A stretch of 32,000 nt of DNA, from assembly GCF_000179635.2 (NCBI RefSeq), contig NC_014833.1:1560001-1592000 (forward strand), in the 5' to 3' direction. Each line of letters starts with the position of its first letter. The stretch's first letter is position 1. Shown here piece by piece: positions 24,944 through 31,761 of this stretch. The translations under genes and the position numbers were made by a program. Source of the DNA: Ruminococcus albus 7 = DSM 20455 (lineage in GTDB: Bacteria; Bacillota; Clostridia; Oscillospirales; Ruminococcaceae). The notes beneath the pieces are model-generated. The model saw nothing but the letters and a program-made list of their open reading frames with translations. It made no database searches and was not told the origin of the DNA.

Positions 24944-25510
24944 ATGAAAAAGAAAAACGAATACAAACATTCAGAAAAACCGATGCTGTACATCGCTTAC
25001 GGTTCAAACATCAACCTGCCACAGATGGGTTTCAGATGTCCTCATTCAAAGGTCATAGGGACTGCTATGGTCAAAGGCTGGGAACTGGAGTTCCGAGGGG
25101 TTGCAACTATCGTACCGAAACAAAATACCGAAGTTCCCGTATTGCTGTGGGAACTTGACCCAAGGGATATTCCTGCACTCAATCGCTATGAGGGATTTCC
25201 CCATCTGTACAGACAGGAAGATATACCTCTTGAACTTGACGGAAAGCAGGTCATGGGCATGGCGTACCTGATGAACAGAGGGCAGATATCTCCACCAACA
25301 CAGGGGTATTTGCAGACAATATGGGACGGCTATAAGGAGAACGGTATGGATACAAGCTACCTTGTAGAAGCAGCATCAAGGGCATATGATTATGCTTCAA
25401 ATATGAATGTCAGGTATTCACAAGCTATTGATGAAGATGAATACGAGGACTTTGACATTGACGATGATAACAGCCTTGATGATGATATACAGATGAGTTT
25501 CAAACTTTAA
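24944..25510 (+). CDS. Gamma-glutamylcyclotransferase family protein (GGCT/AIG2-like) with acidic C-terminal tail
   Basis: YIAYGSNINLPQMGFRCP (the YGSN motif of the GGCT fold), ...GWELEFRG...ATIVP...VPVLLWELD...LNRYEGFPHLY. An AGGTGAG SD precedes the ATG. Starts 10 nt after the amidoligase stop. Confidence 0.85.
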   Translation: MKKKNEYKHSEKPMLYIAYGSNINLPQMGFRCPHSKVIGTAMVKGWELEFRGVATIVPKQNTEVPVLLWELDPRDIPALNRYEGFPHLYRQEDIPLELDGKQVMGMAYLMNRGQISPPTQGYLQTIWDGYKENGMDTSYLVEAASRAYDYASNMNVRYSQAIDEDEYEDFDIDDDNSLDDDIQMSFKL

Positions 25511-25520
25511 GGAGGCAGAA

Positions 25521-25802
25521 ATGAAATACAAAGGATTTTATATCGACATATCCCCCGACGATCACATTATCCGAAGCGACAGCGACGGAAATAATGTGGT
25601 CTGTCGGGGGTTTTTGTTTTCGGTGTACACTGATGAAGAGCGTACAGAAAAATTCGATGAGTTCTCAGCGGCTGTTGGGTTTGAGATACTGACCGACAGC
25701 ATAGAAGAAGCCGAACAGTTTGCTAAGGACGTGGTTTCATGTGAGGATAAGGCTTTTCACAACGATCAGCAGGATATGACGATGGGAGGTACAGCATTAT
25801 GA
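25521..25802 (+). CDS. Hypothetical small protein (93 aa)
   Basis: AAGGAGG SD 5 nt upstream. Its stop overlaps the next start (ATGA). No family recognised. Confidence 0.7.
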   Translation: MKYKGFYIDISPDDHIIRSDSDGNNVVCRGFLFSVYTDEERTEKFDEFSAAVGFEILTDSIEEAEQFAKDVVSCEDKAFHNDQQDMTMGGTAL

Positions 25803-26638
25803 ATGAGGAAAAGTTAGCGATCAATCTTCCATGCCTTGAAAGAAAGGCTGAAAGTTTCACTACGCACGAATACATCGTTGAAAAGGCTCTGCCTGTAAGT
25901 AATTACAGGTTCAGGCAGATAACGGAAAGTCCGATGAAAGATCATAAGGAGATCCGTGACAACCTTGACTGTATGTACTACGATGGCTTACAGCACCATT
26001 GTCTTTTGATATACGATAAAGAGAATGGCGATGGACTTATAGTCGAAAGCGAGGGTTATGATTACGCGAGGTATGCACAGTATATTCCGCAGGCAAAGCT
26101 GATATGGGAGCAGTTTGCAAAGAACCATGCCCATGAGATCAGATTGTGCTGTCCGCTGGAGATCTATCTTAATATCAGCAATTATCCCCGTGATTTTTGC
26201 ATTGCGGATAACGCAGAGATGGCAAAGTATGCCGATGATATCAATATCGGCATTCGGGAGAATGATCTTCCTGAAGAACGTGAGCGAGGATTGATGCACT
26301 GGTATCATCCCGAAAGTATTGTTGATGAGCTGGATAACAAAGTTTTTTCGGCACATTGCTCAGTGGAGGTAATAGGCGGCGAACTTACAGGAGTTATAAC
26401 GTTAAAGGTGATCGGAGACCTTTCAGCAGATGCAATGGCAAGGTTCATAAAATACTGTTCGGGACAGCTGAGTGATGGCTGGGGTGAGAGTTTAGAGCAG
26501 AAATATCTCAAGACCGATGCAGGCGAAATAAATGTCAGCTTCTGGAACAGCGGTGATGACTGGCAGCTTTTGCCCGAAAAAGACTATCTTGACAGCTTTA
26601 CACGATCGGAAGAAATTGGAATGGGAGGTCAGTCGTGA
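25799..26638 (+). CDS. Hypothetical protein (279 aa), mobile-element-associated two-domain protein
   Basis: Translationally coupled (ATGA overlap at 25799-25802). Blocks such as HHCLLIYDKENGDGLIVESEGYDYARY and CSGQLSDGWGESLEQKY...VSFWNS resemble domains I recall from conjugative-element polyvalent proteins. This needs an HMM check. Confidence 0.75.
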   Translation: MNEEKLAINLPCLERKAESFTTHEYIVEKALPVSNYRFRQITESPMKDHKEIRDNLDCMYYDGLQHHCLLIYDKENGDGLIVESEGYDYARYAQYIPQAKLIWEQFAKNHAHEIRLCCPLEIYLNISNYPRDFCIADNAEMAKYADDINIGIRENDLPEERERGLMHWYHPESIVDELDNKVFSAHCSVEVIGGELTGVITLKVIGDLSADAMARFIKYCSGQLSDGWGESLEQKYLKTDAGEINVSFWNSGDDWQLLPEKDYLDSFTRSEEIGMGGQS

Positions 26639-26692
26639 AAGAAGAAATCGATATAACACAGATTTTTATGATAAGTGGAGGAGTATAAAGAA

Positions 26693-27589
26693 ATGAACAA
26701 TGATCTGAAACAATTCATGGGGAAAACATTTCCGACAGGTACCAAAATCAAGATAGACCGTGCGGCAAATGATGATATAGTAGGAAAGACATATATTGTG
26801 GACAGAATTGACGATAATGGTTTGTACTGTTCAACAGAAAGCGGTAATGTGGTGCTAATAGATCCTGATGAATCGACGTTTTACAAGCTTGATCAGCCGC
26901 CAATAGTAGCATACGGCTGCGATGATGAGCCTGCGAAACTGACAGACGTTAGGCAGATATCAGAGTTCATCATCAACAACGGATTGTACGGCGATATCAC
27001 TATGTACAAAAAGGACACGGGAGAATTTGTGCTGAGTACAATGGGTATCTTCATTGACCAAATTGCTGATATGGATTTCCGAAACGAGCTGCTGACGATA
27101 CTAGTTCCGCTTCAGCAGCAGTTTCCATTTGGTATGCTGGATGAACAGGATAACGGAGAAACGGAAGCCACTGAATGGAACAAAAGAAAAATTTTTAATT
27201 ATAGTGGAACGCAGGTGTATTTTGAGATATCGGACTACGAATCGGATCCGTCTATTATGGCGATAACATTGTTCACATCGGACGGTGAAGAATTCGGCAC
27301 ACTGAGCGTAAATGTTCGGGAACACGGACATATCGAGCCAAATCAGACCTTAATAGATACCAACAATATGCCGAATGCGGTTGAATTCCTTGAGTCGATC
27401 AAAGGCGTAGAACCTGTCACGGAAAATGGTGTTCCTGTTACTGCCAAAAGCGGGTTTTGCGAGTATCCACTGTTTGAGTTCAGTGAAGAATTACTTGCGG
27501 ATATGGATCTTAAGGGATATATGGAGCATATTCACAACTATGATCGAGCATTGACTGATATGACTAAAGAAATGACAATGGGAGGCTGA
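26693..27589 (+). CDS. Hypothetical protein (298 aa): N-terminal DUF4314-like small beta domain, C-terminal DUF4313-like region (tentative)
   Basis: The ATG at 26693 follows a GGAGGAG SD (the GTG at 26675 in the ORF track is inside the SD). N-terminus FPTGTKIKIDRAANDDIVGKTYIVDRIDDNG...LIDPDESTF parallels the DUF4314 protein at 28164. C-terminus AITLFTSDGEEFGTLSVNV...LIDTNNMPNAVEFLE...SGFCEYPLFEF. Confidence 0.75.
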   Translation: MNNDLKQFMGKTFPTGTKIKIDRAANDDIVGKTYIVDRIDDNGLYCSTESGNVVLIDPDESTFYKLDQPPIVAYGCDDEPAKLTDVRQISEFIINNGLYGDITMYKKDTGEFVLSTMGIFIDQIADMDFRNELLTILVPLQQQFPFGMLDEQDNGETEATEWNKRKIFNYSGTQVYFEISDYESDPSIMAITLFTSDGEEFGTLSVNVREHGHIEPNQTLIDTNNMPNAVEFLESIKGVEPVTENGVPVTAKSGFCEYPLFEFSEELLADMDLKGYMEHIHNYDRALTDMTKEMTMGG

Positions 27590-27591
27590 TC

Positions 27592-27732
27592 ATGAAGGAA
27601 GAAATAGCAATACCACAGAAGTACGTTGAAATGATCAAGAAAGCCGCAGAACAACAAGGTGTTTCAGCTGATGATATAGTCGAAACTGAAATAAAAAACT
27701 TTTTAGAAAGAGGTGCAGAAAATGCCGAATGA
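27592..27732 (+). CDS. Small ribbon-helix-helix (CopG/Arc-like) protein, 46 aa, absent from the ORF track
   Basis: MKEEIAIPQKYVEMIKKAAEQQGVSADDIVETEIKNFLERGAENAE has a beta-strand (IAIP) plus two helices. The ATG lies 2 nt after the previous stop, with a GGGAGG SD at 27580-27585. Its 3' end overlaps the next gene's ATG by 11 nt. Confidence 0.6.
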   Translation: MKEEIAIPQKYVEMIKKAAEQQGVSADDIVETEIKNFLERGAENAE

Positions 27733-28159
27733 GAAAAAAGGCATAACCGTAAAGGTTGATGCTGAGCTTCACGCCAAGGTAAGGACATACATCGAAGAAC
27801 ATGGTATAACAATGAACGATTTTGTAGCTCAGGCTCTGGATAACGAGCTGCACCCGAAGATACAGGAGGCAAGAAATATGGGTAATATGAGGACTATGGC
27901 GTTTCAGGTTCCAGAGGAACTGTTTGATCAGATAAAGGACTATCTCAACAGGCATCATATGACGCAGAAGGAATTTGTTCTTGGTTTGATAAAAGCAGAG
28001 CTTGATAGAGATCAGCAGCAGACAGCTGTCGAAGAGGCAGATGAAGCTGAAGATGAGGAGCTTGACGAAGAATATGAGGTTGAAGAAACTGAGGGTTATC
28101 CAGACAATGAAGATGAAGACCTCGAAGAGTATGATGATCTGAGCATGGATATGGGGTGA
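27722..28159 (+). CDS. Tandem double ribbon-helix-helix protein with a long acidic C-terminal tail
   Basis: Two RHH-like units: KKGITVKVDAELHAKVRTYIEEHGITMNDFVAQALDNEL and MRTMAFQVPEELFDQIKDYLNRHHMTQKEFVLGLIKAELDR. These are followed by a ~45-aa D/E-rich tail. The ATG at 27722 follows an AGAGGTG SD. Confidence 0.75.
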   Translation: MPNEKKGITVKVDAELHAKVRTYIEEHGITMNDFVAQALDNELHPKIQEARNMGNMRTMAFQVPEELFDQIKDYLNRHHMTQKEFVLGLIKAELDRDQQQTAVEEADEAEDEELDEEYEVEETEGYPDNEDEDLEEYDDLSMDMG

Positions 28160-28163
28160 TAAA

Positions 28164-28427
28164 ATGCGAAGCAAAACCGAGATGATAAGAAATAGATATC
28201 CCGTAGGAACGAGAGTATGCTGTGACGAGATGCCTGATGATCCTAATCCTATACCTCGCGGGACTTGTGGAACTGTTATGGGAGTTGATGATGCAGGGCA
28301 ACTGATTATGAAATGGGATAATGGTAGGTCGCTGTCTATTATTCCGGGAGTTGACAGATTTCATGTTGTTGAGCAAAATGAGGATGAGTCTTTGAAAGAA
28401 AATGAAGGGATTGATTTGTCTATGTAG
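28164..28427 (+). CDS. DUF4314 domain-containing protein
   Basis: YPVGTRVCCDEMPDDPNPIPRGTCGTVMGVDDAGQLIMKWDNGRSLSIIPGVDRF matches the DUF4314 pattern as I recall it. A GGGGTGA SD precedes the ATG. It is the last gene of the coupled array. Confidence 0.8.
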   Translation: MRSKTEMIRNRYPVGTRVCCDEMPDDPNPIPRGTCGTVMGVDDAGQLIMKWDNGRSLSIIPGVDRFHVVEQNEDESLKENEGIDLSM

Positions 28428-28819
28428 AACTTGAAATTATATAAGTGTTTTCAAAAAGCTTGATTAGTTACTATTTATAATAACATAAATTACGATCCGT
28501 AATAGGGTGAAATTTTATATTAAGAATGTAAAATGCACGAAGATTGTGTTGTCTATCTTAATTGCAACGGTTATTGACATTAACAATGATTGTAGGCTTG
28601 ATGTATGGATATAGCTGCATCGGCGGACTCACTTGTAAGTTCGCCGATGACCTATTACGGCATTTACAATCTAATACTGCACAAACTATACGTATTTCAA
28701 AGAATGTTATTTCGCCACTAAACGTAAAAAACTTTTATATAATTACAGAGAGATTATTATATAAAAATTTTTTACTAAAATAGAATGATATAGCCCAATT
28801 ATACCATAATTAATAAACA

Positions 28820-28849
28820 TTGACAAAGATATAACAATTATGATATACT
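28820..28849 (+). promoter_or_regulatory. sigma-A promoter candidate with extended -10 for the paralogue pair
   Basis: TTGACA at 28820-28825, an 18-nt spacer, TGaTATACT with TATACT at 28844-28849. The SD AGGAGGA lies at 28883-28889. Confidence 0.55.
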
Positions 28850-28896
28850 AATCGAGCATGACACTTTGTCTGCAAATATTATAGGAGGAATTTTTT

Positions 28897-30261
28897 ATGG
28901 GAAACTTTTTTCATACTGTGCATTTTAAAATCAAGGACAAAGAAAAATTTTTCAAAGGTATCAACGCATATATGAAAAAGAAAGGCTTCGTGCCATGTGA
29001 TGACGATGAAGCCGTGAAAACTTATATCATTGCGTTATCTGTTGATCAGCAGTGGGCAACTCTTGCTGATATGGACAGCAGTGATGAATCAAGAGCGCTT
29101 TTTAATGATGCCAAGGCTGTTTCAAAAAGCATGAAACTTCCGTGTATTACCGAGGTTATAACCGACAGCGATATCGCGGTACTTGAACTCTTTGACAAAA
29201 CAGGAGAGAGCGCAGATAGGATCGTTGTGGGCGATGGTGAGATCTACGGCATGGGAAATAATGAAATAAAGCCCGAATGCTGGAAACCATTGCTGAATAA
29301 CAAAGCAGATATCGAAAAACTCATTGAGTTGACCGGTGAAAGTGATCTTTTGGCTGATGAAAGACTTAGCAAAATATCATTGCTATTTGGCGTGGATATG
29401 CTTGCTGATAGTGATGAACTCGGCATAAGAAATGACGAAAGTATATTAAGACTCAGTTTTAAAAAGGCTGAAGAAAAAAAGCCGACGTTAAACACTTTGT
29501 TTACGCAGATCTACGGTGAGGCACTTGAACCGCTGGGCTTCAAAAAGCCTAAAGTTCGTATGCCTCTATACGTTCGTGTTATCAAAGATGAGATCATACA
29601 TATTGTCGGTATCCATGATATGAAATCACATCTGGTGCCTTTTGGAGCGATCGCCACTGTTTACCGTGAAGATCTTTGTATTGACCGTACATTCCGGCAA
29701 AACGAAAGATGGTATAAACGTTTAAAGGAATTTTATCTTAATTGGCATATATCGGACAAGCCATTTGAAGAAAGCTGTTTTCACTACACCGATATTATTG
29801 ATTATATGCCTTTATCAGACGCAGTTAAGGCTTCATTGAATGCAACTATTACATGGATACTTCCTGTTCTGGATAATGTTAAAACGCTTAAAGATGTAGC
29901 AGATTATGATGATCTTATTTTTAAAGACTATCTTTCCATATCTGCATTACCACTAAATAAATTTCCTGGCGCGTCATATAGTGACGCAGCGATTAGGTTC
30001 CTTTTAGATGATCTAATTAATGACCTTGAAAAGCGATACTCGGTTTTATTGAAACGAAGCGATGAAGCAAATATTCGTTTCCCGCGTCCACAGGAAGACG
30101 TATTAAAAAGTCGTTTAGAATATGAACAGTGGTATAATGAAGCTCGCGAAAGGGTTCAGACATTTCTTGAAGATGAAGAAATACACAAGCAGACAATGGA
30201 AGAACTTGAAAGGCGAAAAGAACATAACCTTGAATTGCTCAGAAAATACAAGATTATTTAA
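28897..30261 (+). CDS. Hypothetical protein, paralogue 1 (454 aa); C-terminal half possibly DUF4304-like
   Basis: Strong SD. 454-aa ORF in an AT-rich region. The block TLFTQIYGEALEPLGFKKPKVRMPLYVRVIKDEIIHIVGIH resembles the N-terminus of DUF4304-type proteins (tentative, from memory). Confidence 0.8.
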   Translation: MGNFFHTVHFKIKDKEKFFKGINAYMKKKGFVPCDDDEAVKTYIIALSVDQQWATLADMDSSDESRALFNDAKAVSKSMKLPCITEVITDSDIAVLELFDKTGESADRIVVGDGEIYGMGNNEIKPECWKPLLNNKADIEKLIELTGESDLLADERLSKISLLFGVDMLADSDELGIRNDESILRLSFKKAEEKKPTLNTLFTQIYGEALEPLGFKKPKVRMPLYVRVIKDEIIHIVGIHDMKSHLVPFGAIATVYREDLCIDRTFRQNERWYKRLKEFYLNWHISDKPFEESCFHYTDIIDYMPLSDAVKASLNATITWILPVLDNVKTLKDVADYDDLIFKDYLSISALPLNKFPGASYSDAAIRFLLDDLINDLEKRYSVLLKRSDEANIRFPRPQEDVLKSRLEYEQWYNEARERVQTFLEDEEIHKQTMEELERRKEHNLELLRKYKII

Positions 30262-30310
30262 TGAAAAATCGTTGACAAATAAAATTATACAAGCATTACA
30301 GGAGAAATAT

Positions 30311-31672
30311 ATGGGAAACTTTTCAAATACAGTGCATTTTAAGATAGGTGACAAAGAAAAATTTGTCAAAGGTATCAATGCATATATGAAAAAGAAAGGC
30401 TTTGTGCCATGTGATGACGATGAAGCCGTGAAAACTTATATCATTGCGTTATCTGTTGATCAGCAGTGGTCAACTCTTGCTGATATGGACAGCAGTGATG
30501 AATCAAGAGCGCTTTTTAATGATGCCAAGGCTGTTTCAAAAAGCATGAAACTTCCGTGTATTACCGAGGAAGTAACAGACAGCGATATCGCAGTACTTGA
30601 ACTCTTTGACAAAACAGGAGAGAGTTCAGACAGGATCGTTGTGGGCGATGGTGAGATCTACGGCATGGGAAATAATGAAATAAAGCCCGAATGCTGGGAA
30701 CCGCTGCTGAATAACAAAGCAGATATCGAAAAACTCATTGAGTTAATCGGTGAAAGTGATCTCATGGCTGATGAAAGACTTAGCATGATATCATCGCTTT
30801 TCGGCGTGGATATGCTAGCTGATAGTGATGAACTCGGCATAAGAAATGACGAAAGTATATTAAGACTCAGTTTTAAAAAGGCTGAAGAAAAAAAGCCGAC
30901 GTTAAACACTTTGTTTACTCAGATCTACGGTGAGGCACTTGAACCATTAGGATTTAAAAAGCCAAAAGTTCGTATGCCGTTATACGTTCGTGTTATCAAC
31001 GATGAGATCATACATATTGTAGGTATCCATGATATGAAAAATCAGCTGGTACCCTTTGGTGCGATCGCCACTGTTTACCGCAAAGATCTTTGTATTGACC
31101 GTACATTCCGACAAAACGAAACATGGTATAAAGATCTATGGGATTTCTATCATGAGTGGCATATAGCTGACGAACCATTTGATAAGGGCGGTTTTGACTA
31201 TTATAATGATCTTATGCCTTTATCAGACGCCGTTCAGAATTCATTTAATGCAACTATGACATGGATACTCCCTGTTCTTGATAATGTTAAAACGCTCAAA
31301 GATGTAGCAGATTATAATGAATGTATGTTTAAAAATCATATTACGGTTATTTCATTGCCAATAAATGAATCTCTTGCTGCGCCATATAGTGATACTGTGA
31401 TCAAGTATATTTTAGATGATCCGTTGTCTGATCTTGAAAAACGGTACTCTACTGCATTGAAAAAGATTGATGAATCAAATAAAAGATACAATTTTTCACA
31501 GGAAAAAATAACACAAGATCGTTTAGAATATGAACAACGATATAATGAATCTCGTCAAAGAGTGAAAACTTTTCTTGAAGATGAAGAAATACATAAGCAG
31601 ACAATGGAAGAACTTGAAAGGAGAAAAGAGCATAACCTTGAATTACTCAGGAAATACAAGATTATTTACTGA
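30311..31672 (+). CDS. Hypothetical protein, paralogue 2 (453 aa)
   Basis: The ATG at 30311 (MGNFSNTVHFKIGDKEKF) aligns with the start of paralogue 1 and follows a CAGGAGAA SD. The 63-codon 5' extension in the ORF track (from 30122) overlaps the end of paralogue 1 in another frame and is not credible. Confidence 0.8.
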   Translation: MGNFSNTVHFKIGDKEKFVKGINAYMKKKGFVPCDDDEAVKTYIIALSVDQQWSTLADMDSSDESRALFNDAKAVSKSMKLPCITEEVTDSDIAVLELFDKTGESSDRIVVGDGEIYGMGNNEIKPECWEPLLNNKADIEKLIELIGESDLMADERLSMISSLFGVDMLADSDELGIRNDESILRLSFKKAEEKKPTLNTLFTQIYGEALEPLGFKKPKVRMPLYVRVINDEIIHIVGIHDMKNQLVPFGAIATVYRKDLCIDRTFRQNETWYKDLWDFYHEWHIADEPFDKGGFDYYNDLMPLSDAVQNSFNATMTWILPVLDNVKTLKDVADYNECMFKNHITVISLPINESLAAPYSDTVIKYILDDPLSDLEKRYSTALKKIDESNKRYNFSQEKITQDRLEYEQRYNESRQRVKTFLEDEEIHKQTMEELERRKEHNLELLRKYKIIY

Positions 31673-31761
31673 AATATAACGGCGTTGCTACAAGCGGAAG
31701 TGTTCTTTCTTTTGAAGACGCGATTAATGGAGATGAATCAGGTGAAACAGCTCAGATCTAT

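Larger units (their letters stand above)
28897..31672 (+). repeat. Tandem direct duplication of a ~1.41-kb gene unit (2 copies)
   Basis: The first ~790 nt and last ~100 nt of the two units are near-identical by eye (for example atgaaaaagaaaggcttYgtgccatgtgatgacgatgaagccgtgaaaacttatatcattgcgttatctgttgatcagcagtgg). The central-3' part has diverged. Confidence 0.9.

Noticed and set aside
28562-28783. 73-aa plus-strand ORF in the AT-rich gap
   Set aside because: It has a TTG start and no SD. It spans the hairpin at 28618-28649, and its composition is that of AT-rich non-coding DNA.
30122-30310. 63-codon 5' extension of paralogue 2 given in the ORF track
   Set aside because: It overlaps the 3' end of paralogue 1 in a different frame. 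Homology between the paralogues begins exactly at the ATG at 30311, which has its own SD.
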